Shown one piece after another: positions 28,791 through 39,394 of a stretch of 64,000 nt of DNA. Source of the stretch: an uncultured Verrucomicrobiae bacterium (GTDB lineage: Bacteria; Verrucomicrobiota; Verrucomicrobiia; Limisphaerales; Palsa-1400); the NCBI GenBank assembly GCA_963702845.1, contig OY969763.1:4416001-4480000 (forward strand), given 5' to 3'. How positions within the stretch are numbered: position 1 is the stretch's first letter; every line of letters starts with the position of its first letter. Made by a program: the position numbers and the translations under genes. Below the pieces are notes generated by a model. The model was not told the DNA's origin, did not search any database, and saw only the letters and a program-made list of their open reading frames with translations.

Positions 28791-30002
28791 ATGCCATCAT
28801 TCGCTTATGTAGCCCGGGATTCGACAAGCGGACGCGAGATTAACAGCGTCATCGATGCTTCGTCTGAATCGAATGCGGTCGCGACGTTGTTGAATCGCAA
28901 TCTACTGGTCGTTTCCATCCAGGAAAAGATCGGTAAAAAAGGTAAAAGTGCCGGTGGCAGCGTGCCATTGGCCGACCTTGTCATGTTCACGCGGCAGCTC
29001 GCGACTATGATCGACGCCGGTTTGGCGATGGTCCAGTCGTTGCAAGCGCTCGCCGAGCAGTCCACCAACAAAATGATGCGCGAAGTCATCAAGGACATCA
29101 CCAGCCGTGTGGAAAGCGGCGATAGTTTTTCTGATGCACTTTCAAAACATCCGAAAGTTTTCGATAAACTCTTTTATTGCATGGTCGGCGCTGGCGAAAA
29201 AGGCGGTTTGCTCGCAGAAATTTTGTCACGTCTCGCGACCTATCTTGAAAACACGGCGCGCCTGCGCAAAAAAGTGAAGTCGGCGATGATGTATCCGACG
29301 ATCGTGTCGATCATCGCGATCGGCATCACCGTCTTCCTGTTGGTGAAAGTCGTCCCGGTGTTCAGCGATATTTTCAGCAGCCTTGGCGGTAAGTTGCCGA
29401 CCCCGACGCAATACCTGATCAACGTCAGTAACGCGCTACAACACTACTTCATACTGTTCGCGCTCGGCGCCGGTGGAATTGTATTCGGTTGGCTTTATTT
29501 CATCAAAACGCCGACTGGTCGTGCGTTCTGGGATGCCAAACGGATTAAGCTGCCAATATTTGGGCAGATCGCGCACAAGATTTGTCTGGCGCGTTTTGCG
29601 CGGACCCTCGCGTCGCTGGTGCGTAGCGGTGTTCCGATTCTTGAAGTATTGCAGATCGTGCGCAACACGGTCGGAAACGTCGTCATGGAGAACGCCATTG
29701 CGACGGCCAGTGATGACATCGAACGTGGCGAAAGTATTTCTGATGCGCTCGCCAAACATCCGGTGTTCCCGACGATGATCATCCGCATGATTACGGCCGG
29801 TGAGCAAACTGGTAAGATCGATTCCATGCTCGAGCGCGTGGCGGACTTTTTGGATGAAGAAATCGAAACGACGCTTTCAGGTCTTACATCACTGATCGAG
29901 CCGTTGCTGATTGTTTTTCTCGGCGTGGTCGTCGGCGGCATCGTTGTTTGTATGTTCCTGCCGATCTTTAAGCTGAGCGATCTAGTTTCCGGAAAACACT
30001 AA
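28791..30002 (+). CDS. pilC: Type II secretion/type IV pilus platform protein (GspF/PilC)
   Basis: FTRQLATMIDAG, AGEKGG, SAMMYP, GEQTGKID, LIEPLLIV. Confidence 0.92.
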   Translation: MPSFAYVARDSTSGREINSVIDASSESNAVATLLNRNLLVVSIQEKIGKKGKSAGGSVPLADLVMFTRQLATMIDAGLAMVQSLQALAEQSTNKMMREVIKDITSRVESGDSFSDALSKHPKVFDKLFYCMVGAGEKGGLLAEILSRLATYLENTARLRKKVKSAMMYPTIVSIIAIGITVFLLVKVVPVFSDIFSSLGGKLPTPTQYLINVSNALQHYFILFALGAGGIVFGWLYFIKTPTGRAFWDAKRIKLPIFGQIAHKICLARFARTLASLVRSGVPILEVLQIVRNTVGNVVMENAIATASDDIERGESISDALAKHPVFPTMIIRMITAGEQTGKIDSMLERVADFLDEEIETTLSGLTSLIEPLLIVFLGVVVGGIVVCMFLPIFKLSDLVSGKH

Positions 30003-30033
30003 CGGAATACTGAGGTAATGGGTGGGTAACTGG

Positions 30034-30068
30034 TGCGTCCCGGTCAAAAGCCGGGACGCATTTTGTTT
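30034..30068 (+). terminator. Intrinsic terminator
   Basis: TGCGTCCCGG / CCGGGACGCA followed by TTTTGTTT. Confidence 0.8.
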
Positions 30069-30107
30069 GGGAAAGATGAATTATAAACCCGCTCGCAGAA
30101 TGGGCGA

Positions 30108-32103
30108 TTAATGTTTGAACCAAAGTTCCGCGATTTGTTTGCGTGTCGAATCGGTCGACGATTGATATTTGCGCAGCAGCACTTCGAGGCCGTCGAATAA
30201 ACGATTGGCGGCGTCGACGTAGGATTTGTCGGCAGCTTTCTGGGAGACTTCGGGCAACGGCTTGATTTTACCGGCGGCAACTTCGGTTTTGCGTTCGAAC
30301 ACAACGTCTATTGCGTCTCGGCAGAGAGCGGCGTGCGCGCGTTCGTAACGGTCATGAAAACCGGCCTGGTCCATGCGTTTGCAGAAATCGAGGATTCTGG
30401 TTTCGCGTCCGATCAAAGGATCCGCAGCGGTCCGAAATGGGTCCGAACCGGAACGGAGTGGCGGCAACGGACAACCTTCGTCATTCTTTCGATCGTTACC
30501 AAAAACGATTTCGACGTAGTTGACGTCGGACAACTTCGCATAGGGCAGATGAATACCATCGTGACTACGCTTGCTCCAGTTGCGGCCGTTGAGCAGCACG
30601 GCAGTCATCGGTCCGCTACCGCGCGTGCGCAGATAAAGACGTTTACTGCCGAAACGAATCGGGAAATTTTGCTGCAGTTTGGTGATGGTTGCCGGAATGT
30701 GAGGAATAAGAACCAATTCGTCGGCACGATATTCGTATTCGAATAAACCTCGGATCATGGCGGCGGCCGGGCCGAGGCTGTCGTAGCAGAGGTTGATCGG
30801 CAACGTTGGTTGATAGACGTCGGAGCCACATTTCGTCAGCGGGTTATCGAGACGGAAGTTGTCCGCGAAGGTGAGCAGTTGTTTTATGGAGCGACGTGCG
30901 TCATCGAATTTGCCGAGGCGGTAGTAGCCGAGAATCATGCGGGCTTCGCAAGTCGACCAATGGCCGCCGTTAACCCACGTTCCATACGCCCAGATGCTTT
31001 CCTGTTTTTCATACATGTCATCGTAGGTCGGGTAGTTGGGCAGGATGAATTGATGCGGGCGCAGTTCCGGGATGCTGGCGATTTTGTTGTAGATTTTCGC
31101 GCTCTGCGCATCGTCGACGACGTGGAAGGCAATCGCGTCCTGGTTCGGGGACGTTTCCAAATAACCATGCTCCTTCGCGCCAAACACGCCGTGTTTCACG
31201 CCGTCGGGATCGAGCGAGCGGATGAGGTAACCTTCGGGGGTAGTGAGTTGGCGGAGAGCTTTTTTTGCGGAGTCGCGGCGTTTCGTGTAGAGCTTGGTTT
31301 TGTCGGAATTGCCGCTGAGCTTTTCCAGTTCGACGATGCGGTCGAGCGCTGCGACGTAATTCACGGAGAGACCGGCTAAATACGCTTTGTCATAGGTGCC
31401 GTCGGGCTTTTTCCATCCTGCGTAACTGGGCGCGAGAAGGTTTCCAGCGGGGCCGGCCAGGAATAAGTCGTTGGTGCCGCGGCGCATTTCGATGAAGTTA
31501 ACGCTGCGTTCCAATTTTGGGAGATATTTGGCGATGGCATTTGTATTACGGCTGATCAGCAGCAACTCGGATTGCATGACCACGCCAGCGGCAGTGAATT
31601 CCATGGCCCAATCATGAATGTCGATTCGTCCGTCGCCTTGCCAATAAACGATCCGACCAGGCATGGCACAATCGCACAGGCAACCATCGGGTGCGATGAT
31701 GGGCCCATTGCGCTTGTCGCCGCTGCGCTTGCCATCGCCCATTTGGTCGAACCAAAGATCCTGCGCGTTTTGCAGAAATGTGAGATAAGGCTCGTGCAAA
31801 AATGGCAGCGCCGCGTAAGTCGTCCCGTAACTGTTTTGAATCCACCACGCGTCCCACGTCTTCCCCTTCCACGAAACCGTTCCAGTTCGTGGTGTAGAGC
31901 ATGGAAATGTTTTGATACTGCGGGTCGGGCGCAAACATCCGGCGGCTGATGTCGAGAAGGCGGAGGTATTCGACATCGCCGCGACCGCAGAAGTATTCGC
32001 CTTCGAAGGATTGTTCGGCAGCAGACGCGGATAGAGCTACTAACACGCAACCGACCGCCAGTCGGCGATACAGCAGATTAACAATCTGCGTTGCCGTTCT
32101 CAT
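30108..32103 (-). CDS. Secreted six-hairpin-glycosidase-like protein, split by a one-base frameshift near 31865
   Basis: The N-terminal ORF (signal peptide ..NGFVEG) joins ..KTWDAWWIQNSYG in the 30108-31976 frame if one G of a G4 run is removed; YGTWVNGGHW motif. Confidence 0.6.
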
Positions 32104-32789
32104 TCGGGCATGGAGTTCGTCAACTGCCCTTTGTTCAGGTAGAGCGTGCGGCTGGCACGATGGGAGGCATGCGGGTCGTGCGTGACCATGATGATCGTTT
32201 TCCCCTGCTCGCGGTTGAGCGCTTGCAGCAGGGACAAAATTTCGTCGCCGGATTTGCGGTCGAGGTCACCGGTCGGTTCATCGCACAGGAGAATCGTTGG
32301 GTCGGCTGCGATGGCGCGAGCGATTCCGACGCGCTGCTGTTCACCGCCGGAAAGCTGTCGCGGAAAATGTTTCATGCGATGACCGAGGCCGACGATACTC
32401 AACGCAATCTCAACGTGGCGCTTGCGTTCGGCTTTGTTGAGCGGCGTTAGCAGAAGCGGGATTTCAACATTGCGCTCGGCGGTCAACGCGGGAAGCAGGT
32501 TGTAGAGCTGGAACACGAAACCGATATGGCGCGAGCGCCAGGCGGCCAATTGACGATCATTCAAATCCGCAATTGTCTCTCCGCCGATGACCACTTCGCC
32601 TTTGCTTGGCCGATCGAGACCGCCGATTAAATTGAGGAGAGTGCTTTTTCCCGAACCGGATGGACCCATCAACGCGAGGAATTCGCCCTGAGGAACTTCG
32701 AGGTTCAGATTTTGCAGAACGTGGATGTCCTCCGAGCCGCGTCGGAACACTTTGTCGACATTCGTAATTTGTAGGAGCGGTTGGCTCAT
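32100..32789 (-). CDS. ABC transporter ATP-binding protein (MacB/LolD-like)
   Basis: [32 protein letters not shown]. Confidence 0.95.
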   Translation of the reverse strand: MSQPLLQITNVDKVFRRGSEDIHVLQNLNLEVPQGEFLALMGPSGSGKSTLLNLIGGLDRPSKGEVVIGGETIADLNDRQLAAWRSRHIGFVFQLYNLLPALTAERNVEIPLLLTPLNKAERKRHVEIALSIVGLGHRMKHFPRQLSGGEQQRVGIARAIAADPTILLCDEPTGDLDRKSGDEILSLLQALNREQGKTIIMVTHDPHASHRASRTLYLNKGQLTNSMPE

Positions 32790-32791
32790 GG

Positions 32792-34012
32792 TCAGAGCTT
32801 GGTTTCTTTGACGCGGTCGTTGTCTTTGAGGTTCTCTGGTCCTTCGACGACAACGTGCTCGCCACTCTTCACGTTTGAAAGCACGGTGATTTCGTCACCG
32901 CGTGTCGCTCCGGTTTTGACGGCGCGACGCTCAACTTTGTTGTCAGCGACAATGAAGACGATGTCCTGCTCACCGTCCTTGCGTAATGCAGTTTTCGGAA
33001 CGGTGATGCCGCCAATTTGAGCGGCGGTATCGTTTGCATTGTGTTGGAAGGAAACTTTTACGCCCATGTCCGGCAGGATGCGCTTGTCGAGTTTATCGAA
33101 ACCAATCCGAACTTTGACAGTCGCTTTCTGGCGATCGGCTGTCGGAATGATAGCGATGACTTTGCACGGGATGTGCCAGTCCTGATAGGCGTCCAATACA
33201 GCGTCGACCGGTTGTCCGGCATCGACACGATTGATATAATTTTCGTTCACGTCGACTTCGATTTCGAGCGAAGCCATGTCGACAATGGTGCCGATACCCG
33301 TGCGGGTGAAGCCGCCGCCCGCCGACATCGGCGAAATAATTTCACCCGGTTGAGCGGATTTGGAAACGATGACGCCGGGGAACGGCGCGCGAATGATGGT
33401 GTCGTCGAGTTGTTGTTGCCAAGTCGCGAGGTCGCGTTCGGCCACGATAATTTCGACTTTCTGACGCGCGAGACGGGCCTTGAGGGTGTCGGCGTCGGAT
33501 TGGGCTTTGTCGAGATCGGCTTGGGTCGAAATTTTGTGCGCAAACAAATCAGACGTGCGTTTGAGATCGCGTTTGGCTTGTTCCAATTGCGTCGCGGTTT
33601 CTTCGATGGCGATTTTGGCGACCTCAAGCTGGGCTTTGGAATGGTTGAGACTGGTTTCGATGTTCGACGGATCGATGCGCGCGAGCACCTGGCCGATGAC
33701 AACGTGTTGACCTTCGTCGAATAGCACTTCGGTAACCTGGCCGGTCACTTTCGATGAAACGGTTGCCTGGCGGCGTGCAGTGACGTAGCCGGAGGCGTTC
33801 AACACAGTTTGCGATCCGCCGGCGCCCGTAGCCGGTTCTGCAACGGTAAAAGTTTTGACTTCGGGAGTCGCTTTGCGCGAAGCCCACGCGTAAGCGCCAA
33901 ATCCAAGAAGGGCAATAATGAGGATGACGAGAAAAACCCGCCCCCACGGAAATGGATCGCGCGCGCGACTGCGATCAATTTTTAGTTCATCGAGCTTTTT
34001 GATAGTTTCCAA
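32792..34012 (-). CDS. Efflux periplasmic adaptor (MacA/HlyD-like)
   Basis: TM anchor, lipoyl-like GQVTEVLFDEGQHV, coiled coil, IRAPFPG. Confidence 0.92.
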   Translation of the reverse strand: METIKKLDELKIDRSRARDPFPWGRVFLVILIIALLGFGAYAWASRKATPEVKTFTVAEPATGAGGSQTVLNASGYVTARRQATVSSKVTGQVTEVLFDEGQHVVIGQVLARIDPSNIETSLNHSKAQLEVAKIAIEETATQLEQAKRDLKRTSDLFAHKISTQADLDKAQSDADTLKARLARQKVEIIVAERDLATWQQQLDDTIIRAPFPGVIVSKSAQPGEIISPMSAGGGFTRTGIGTIVDMASLEIEVDVNENYINRVDAGQPVDAVLDAYQDWHIPCKVIAIIPTADRQKATVKVRIGFDKLDKRILPDMGVKVSFQHNANDTAAQIGGITVPKTALRKDGEQDIVFIVADNKVERRAVKTGATRGDEITVLSNVKSGEHVVVEGPENLKDNDRVKETKL

Positions 34013-34109
34013 GACGTAACAGCTTTCGATATAGCGTGGGAAAGGTCAAGATTAAGGAGGCTAACTTAACATCCCCGATCCAATTAGATTTGCTTTAGAA
34101 TGGGACAGT

Positions 34110-34135
34110 GGCGCGCGCGGAGCGACGCGCCCTAC
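34110..34135 (-). repeat. GTAG-type REP-like palindrome (copy 2); its TAG is the stop codon of the EEP gene
   Basis: Minus strand GTAG-GGCGCG TCGCTCCGCG CGCGCC. Confidence 0.7.
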
Positions 34136-35073
34136 CTTTCGGCGGCAACGAAATCTGCAACCAACGGACGATGATCGGAGGCGAGGCCCCAATCAGGTGA
34201 ACTAAACACGTAGGTGTCTTCGTTCAACCATTCGTGAGACATGCCGCGGCTGACGAGGATGTAGTCGATGCGACTGAACACATCTTGTTTGGAGAAATGA
34301 TAAGTCCAGGTGACGGCGTGTTCGTCGCTCGAAATATGCGGCGGATGCGGACGTTCGGCGGGACGCAAATCGAAGAGTGGGTTCAGGCCGGTGCCAACGA
34401 TCTCCTTCATCGGTGCTGAGTCGCGGGTGTCGTTGAAGTCGCCGACAACAACAAGATTCAACTCGGGATTGGCCGCCAGGCGCATGTCGACGAGTTCGCG
34501 CAACCGCATCGCTTCCTGTAAACGTTCCTCGGCTTCATCCGCATTTCCCACGGCCAGACGGGATTTCAGATGGGCAGCAATCAATGTGAAGCGATATTTT
34601 GGAGTAATCTCGATATCCACTTCGGCGAAACCACGGCTGACAAAATGGCGATGTGAGCCGAGCAGGAACGCATCGTTCGTGTGTGGGAGGCGCGAGGTGA
34701 TGGGGAATCTGCTAAGGATTGCGAGGTGAATGTTGGTGTCGTGCCCGGTAATGTGTTCCCAAAATGGCAGATCCAAGCCACCGTTTTTGAGCGAGCTCTG
34801 CAGTTCCATCAAGGCATTGGTCGTGCCCATTTCTTCGATCGAAATGACGTCTGGTTTGATGGCAAGAATGTTTTCGCAAACCTTTGCCTTTGCTTCAGCA
34901 GGCTTTGCTTTGCGACGGGCGGAGGGATGGTCGAGATAACTTTCCACATTGTAAGTGGCGACGCGAAACGTTTGCTCGCCCGCGTTGCTGAGCTGCGCCG
35001 ATATCAAAAGCAACAAGCCAATTGCTCGTCCAAACATGGCGCGCAGCTTATTGGCTAACGCGGTTTGCGTCAC
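34132..35073 (-). CDS. Endonuclease/exonuclease/phosphatase family protein
   Basis: ATYNV, HLKS, VGDFND, RIDYIL, SDHRP. Confidence 0.9.
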   Translation of the reverse strand: MTQTALANKLRAMFGRAIGLLLLISAQLSNAGEQTFRVATYNVESYLDHPSARRKAKPAEAKAKVCENILAIKPDVISIEEMGTTNALMELQSSLKNGGLDLPFWEHITGHDTNIHLAILSRFPITSRLPHTNDAFLLGSHRHFVSRGFAEVDIEITPKYRFTLIAAHLKSRLAVGNADEAEERLQEAMRLRELVDMRLAANPELNLVVVGDFNDTRDSAPMKEIVGTGLNPLFDLRPAERPHPPHISSDEHAVTWTYHFSKQDVFSRIDYILVSRGMSHEWLNEDTYVFSSPDWGLASDHRPLVADFVAAER

Positions 35074-35116
35074 GTAACATTTGCGCTGACACCTGCGTCT
35101 CTGCTATCTCAAACAT

Positions 35117-36010
35117 ATGAACCGCCGCCAATTTCTTCGCACTTCTCTCGGAGCCACTGTTGCTTTCGCTGGATTGAGCACGTTCAACCGCACCGCCGAA
35201 GCAATCGAACCTTTCAAACGTTCTGGCTCACCGCGGTTCAAACTGAGCATGTGCGCGTACTCGTGGCGCGACGCGTTGAAGGTGCACAAGATGGACATGT
35301 TCCAGTTCGTCGATTACTGCGCCGACCACGGTTGCGATGGCGCGGAATTGACTTCGTATTATTTTCCGAAGGACATGGACGATGCGTGGTTGGCAAAATT
35401 CAAACGGCACATGCATTTGCGGCGACTTTCGGCGAGTGGCACGTCGGTTGGTAACGATTTCACTTTGCCCAGTGACAAACTGCCGGCCCAAATTGAGCTC
35501 ACGAAAAAATGGATCGATCACGCCGAATTTCTCGGAGCGCCTTACGTGCGGGTCTTTGCCGGCATGTCGAAGCAAAGTGATCCGGCCCAGGCAACCGAGC
35601 GTTGCATCGCATCTTTGAAAGAGTGCTGCGAATACTCCGGCAAAAAAGGAATTTTCCTAGGACTCGAGAACCATCACGGCATCGTTGCTGAGCCGGAACA
35701 AATTATTCATATCGTGAATGCGGTGGACAGCGAGTGGCTCGGCATCAACTGCGACACGGCAAATTTTCAAACTGCCGATCCATACGCGAGCCTGGAAAAA
35801 ATTGCGCCCTACGCGATCAACGTACACTTCAAAGGTGAAATCCATCCGAAGGGCCGCGAGAAGGAGAAAGTGCCTGCCGATTTGCCGCGCCTGATGAAAA
35901 TTTTGCGCGACGTGAATTATCAGGGCTACCTCGCGCTGGAATACGAATCTGCCGAAGCACCCGCGACCGGCATTCCCAAACTGCTCACGCGCATGCGCGA
36001 GCTGATGTAA
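35117..36010 (+). CDS. Tat-exported sugar phosphate isomerase/epimerase (xylose isomerase-like TIM barrel)
   Basis: MNRRQFL Tat motif; GLENHH, CDTANF, VHFK, LEYE. Confidence 0.88.
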   Translation: MNRRQFLRTSLGATVAFAGLSTFNRTAEAIEPFKRSGSPRFKLSMCAYSWRDALKVHKMDMFQFVDYCADHGCDGAELTSYYFPKDMDDAWLAKFKRHMHLRRLSASGTSVGNDFTLPSDKLPAQIELTKKWIDHAEFLGAPYVRVFAGMSKQSDPAQATERCIASLKECCEYSGKKGIFLGLENHHGIVAEPEQIIHIVNAVDSEWLGINCDTANFQTADPYASLEKIAPYAINVHFKGEIHPKGREKEKVPADLPRLMKILRDVNYQGYLALEYESAEAPATGIPKLLTRMRELM

Positions 36011-36030
36011 TCTCTGTTTTCTGCAGCGCC

Positions 36031-37131
36031 TTAGTTTCGCGGGAGCACATCAACGATCGGAGCGCCAGCTTTAGGATTTTCGGTTTGAAAATTTTCGCCA
36101 AGCAACGCTGCGATCGTTGCGGCGATTTGACTGTGGGTGATCGGTTGGCAACTAGTCCGTTCCCCGAGCGGGGCGGTGTCGGGACCAAGGACTGCAAGCC
36201 ACGTATATTCGGCGCCAGGAATGGAAACGCCGTGGTGTTTCCAATTTTCAGGACCGCTGCCGCGACCATGATCGCAGGTGATGATGAAAGTCGTTTTGTT
36301 TTTGTATTGCGGAATCGACTGCACAGTTTTCCACAGGCGCGCGATGAAGTCGTCGGCGTGCTCAGCCGCTGAGAGGTAAAGATCATAGCGACCGTTGTGA
36401 GCCCACTCATCAGTTTCGCCGAAACCAATGAAAACTGCTCGAGGCTTTTTCTCTTTCACGTAGTCGGATGCGCCCTGAAACAGGAACGAGTCAAAGGTAA
36501 TACCCGAGCCCATCGCTTCGGTCGTGTCCTGAAATAGTTTTTCTAAAACCGGCGCGGTATGGATTTCGTTCTTCACAAATTTCTTCTCCCAAACCGGCCA
36601 AATTGGCAAGGCACTGCGCTCGTCATTAAAAATGTAGGCAAACACGTCCCAGTTTCCAAAAACGGCAACGCGGTTTTTGAAAGGTCGCTGACCCGTGAGC
36701 CATTCGAAAACGTTGGTGTTCGGATTTGGCACCTTGTCATTGCTGTTGATGCGGTTGTCCGGCGCGCCGGTCAAAACCTCGTTGTAGCCGGGGTAAGAAA
36801 ACTTTTTCCCATTCGTGACCGTTGCGATGCTGCCCTTGTTGGTGTTGCCGAAGAGTTGACCGTGCTTTGCGATTTCGTTCCAAAAAAACGGCATGAGCGC
36901 TTCGCGCCGTTGCTCAGGTGTTTCGCGCCATAATTGCTTACGAGTAGCATCAACGTTCAAAACACCACCATTCGTTTTGTTCAGCAACTGCCCTTCCGCT
37001 CCACCAAAGACTTCTTGCCACCGCAACCCATCGCTCATGATTAAGAAAACGTTTTCCGTTTTCCGCTTTTCTGCATGAGCAGAAAAAATGATCGCGAAAA
37101 TAACTATGAGTTGAATCAGGTTCCGTTTCAC
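36031..37131 (-). CDS. Alkaline phosphatase superfamily protein
   Basis: DGLRWQE, SYPGYNE, ETDEWAH, TCDHGRG. Confidence 0.88.
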   Translation of the reverse strand: MKRNLIQLIVIFAIIFSAHAEKRKTENVFLIMSDGLRWQEVFGGAEGQLLNKTNGGVLNVDATRKQLWRETPEQRREALMPFFWNEIAKHGQLFGNTNKGSIATVTNGKKFSYPGYNEVLTGAPDNRINSNDKVPNPNTNVFEWLTGQRPFKNRVAVFGNWDVFAYIFNDERSALPIWPVWEKKFVKNEIHTAPVLEKLFQDTTEAMGSGITFDSFLFQGASDYVKEKKPRAVFIGFGETDEWAHNGRYDLYLSAAEHADDFIARLWKTVQSIPQYKNKTTFIITCDHGRGSGPENWKHHGVSIPGAEYTWLAVLGPDTAPLGERTSCQPITHSQIAATIAALLGENFQTENPKAGAPIVDVLPRN

Positions 37132-37225
37132 TGCTTTTGGATTCGAAACTGTAGAACTTTATTCGGAAAGAAAAAACGGATTACCCGATTTGTATTCAGG
37201 TAATCCGTCGCAATTCAAATTACAA

Positions 37226-37522
37226 TCAACTCTCGATGACGTTGATTTCGACCGGCTCGACTTTGATGCCCTGCTTTTCCAGCCAGGTAACGGCGGCTTT
37301 AACGTCGTCGCGTTTGCCGTCGAGCTCAAGGCAGACGATGCCGATTTCATCGGTCACGCTGGCTTGGCGCACGTTGGTGATGACCGGGAATTTGTGGCCC
37401 AACTCCCAAATGACGGGGCTGGTGATCTGTTTCGGGGGATACATCAGCCAGAAACGCGCCTGGCGCGGCTGACTGCCGTTCCCCTTAGCTGGTTTAGCTT
37501 TAGCTTTTGTTTTTGCGGCCAT
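37226..37522 (-). CDS. NIL domain protein
   Basis: YPPKQITSPVIWEL..VITNVRQASV..GIVCLELDG..WLEKQGIKVEP. Confidence 0.88.
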   Translation of the reverse strand: MAAKTKAKAKPAKGNGSQPRQARFWLMYPPKQITSPVIWELGHKFPVITNVRQASVTDEIGIVCLELDGKRDDVKAAVTWLEKQGIKVEPVEINVIES

Positions 37523-37533
37523 GTGTCCTCCAA

Positions 37534-37809
37534 TTAACCACCAGCGATCGCGGGGATGATGCTGATTTCGTCACCATCTTTGAGCGCGGTCTGTTGATTT
37601 TGCAAAAAGCGAATGTCTTCTTCGTTGACGTAAACATTGACGAATTTGCGGACGTTGCCGGTGTCGTCGATAAGACGCTCTTTGATGCCGGGATAACGGT
37701 TTTGCAATTCAGTGAATGCACCGCCGACGGTGGTCGCGTCGATCTGGACCAGTTCTTCATCGTGCGTCAGCTTACGCAACGGGGTAGGAATTCGTACTTT
37801 TACTGCCAT
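37534..37809 (-). CDS. MoaD/ThiS-family sulfur carrier protein
   Basis: VRIPTPLR..FVNVYVNEEDIRFL..DGDEISIIPAIAGG with C-terminal GG; start at ATG 37809. Confidence 0.93.
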   Translation of the reverse strand: MAVKVRIPTPLRKLTHDEELVQIDATTVGGAFTELQNRYPGIKERLIDDTGNVRKFVNVYVNEEDIRFLQNQQTALKDGDEISIIPAIAGG

Positions 37810-37822
37810 AAAAAATTTTCGG

Positions 37823-39082
37823 TTAAGCGTTAACGGTGCGGTTCTCCGCTTCCAACAAGCCTTCAAACTCGCGCAAGCTCGGGCGGATTTCGCGCGTTTC
37901 ACCAACGTGACCGACGACTGCATCGAGGGTCTTGAGACCATTGCCGGTGACGCACAAGACCGCGGAATCATTGGCCGGAATCTTGCCACTGGCAATGAGT
38001 TTCTTGGCGACCGCAACAGTGACACCACCAGCGGTTTCGCAGAAAATGCCTTCGCATTCCGCGAGATCTTTGATGCCTTCGCGAATCTGATCGTCGGTGA
38101 CGTCGTCGGCGTGGCCGTCGGTTTCTTTCATCACTTTCAATGCGTAGAAACCATCCGCAGGCGTGCCGATAGCGAGCGACTTCGCAATGGTGTTCGGCTT
38201 GACCGGTTTGAAGAAATCGAGCCCGGCTTTTTGCGCGACGGAAATCGGCGAACAACCGGTCGGTTGCGCGCCGTGAATGTGATATTTCGCTTCCGAAACG
38301 AGACCGAGCTTGATGGCTTCCTGATATGATTTGTGAATTTTCGTGAGCAACGAACCAGATGCCATCGGGATGACGGTGTGCTTGGGCACTTTCCAACCCG
38401 ATTGTTCCAAAATTTCGAACCCCATGCTCTTGGAGCCTTCGGCGTAATACGGCCTCATGTTGACGTTCACAAACGCCCATTGATATTTGCCGGCAATTTC
38501 CGCGCAGAGACGATTCACTTCGTCGTAATGGCCTTTGATGGCAACCACCGTCGCGCCATAAACAAGCGAGTTCACAATTTTGCCTTGTTCGAGATCGGAC
38601 GGAATAAAAACATAAGCTTTCAGCCCAGCGGAAGCCGCGTTCGCGGCGACTGAATTCGCAAGGTTACCTGTCGAAGCGCAAGCAACGGTCGTAAAACCAA
38701 GTTCACGCGCGCGGCTCAGGGCAACACTGACAACGCGATCTTTGAACGAGAGCGTCGGGTAATTGACGGTGTCATTCTTGATCCAGAGTTCACGAATTCC
38801 ATAACGGCCGCGCCAAACGATCAGCCTTGATCAGCGGCGTAAACCCGACTTCGCGACCGACAGTCGGTTCGTGCGCGATGGGCAGCAATTCGCGATAGCG
38901 CCACATGCTCTTCGCCGGGACTGGATGACTTCGCGCGTCAGAGCGGCTTTGATGCGGTCATAGTCATAGACCACTTCGAGCGGTCCGAAATCGAACTCGC
39001 AAACGTGGTTGGCAGTCAGCGGATATTCGCGTCCGCACTCGCGGCACTTGAGCGCCTTCATGAAGCCAGTAGCTTTTTCCAT
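37823..39082 (-). CDS. Threonine synthase-like PLP enzyme; two compensating one-base indels near 38914 and 38810
   Basis: CRECG Zn site; SMWRYRELLP..GFTPL in the shifted frame; NYPTLSFKDR, ASTGN, PMASGSLL. Confidence 0.85.
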
Positions 39083-39131
39083 AAAACTTTCACATGCGAC
39101 TCACGCGTCGCGTTGTTTGCGTCGGGGTAAT

Positions 39132-39161
39132 AAAAAACCCCTTCTCATCGAGGAGAAGAGG
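39132..39161 (-). terminator. Riboswitch expression-platform terminator
   Basis: Minus strand CCTCTTCTC..GAGAAGGGG followed by T6. Confidence 0.75.
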
Positions 39162-39179
39162 CTAAAGCATCTGTGTCTC

Positions 39180-39314
39180 TTCTCATCTTTTCCTGAGCAA
39201 CGTCGCGCACTCGCGGACGTTCAAGCTGGATTTGGCACCTGTCATAACGAACGCCTTCGTTACCGGTTGCCGTGGTTTCATAGGGCCAGTCCCTCCACCA
39301 CTCTGAATGAGATT
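39180..39314 (-). ncRNA. SAM-I (S-box) riboswitch
   Basis: Minus strand CTCATTCAGAGTGGTGGAGGGACTGGCCCTATGAAACCACGGCAACC..GGTGCCAAATCC..AAAGATGAGA. Confidence 0.95.
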
Positions 39315-39394
39315 CGTTATATCAACGAATACGGATAGATTGATTTATTGGTTGGGATCTGTCAACAGGTTTTTTACGAACCCGTAATCGCGAA

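Noticed and set aside
38800..38920. Programmed ribosomal frameshifting in the ThrC-like gene
   Set aside because: No slippery sequence is present, and similar indels occur in unrelated genes
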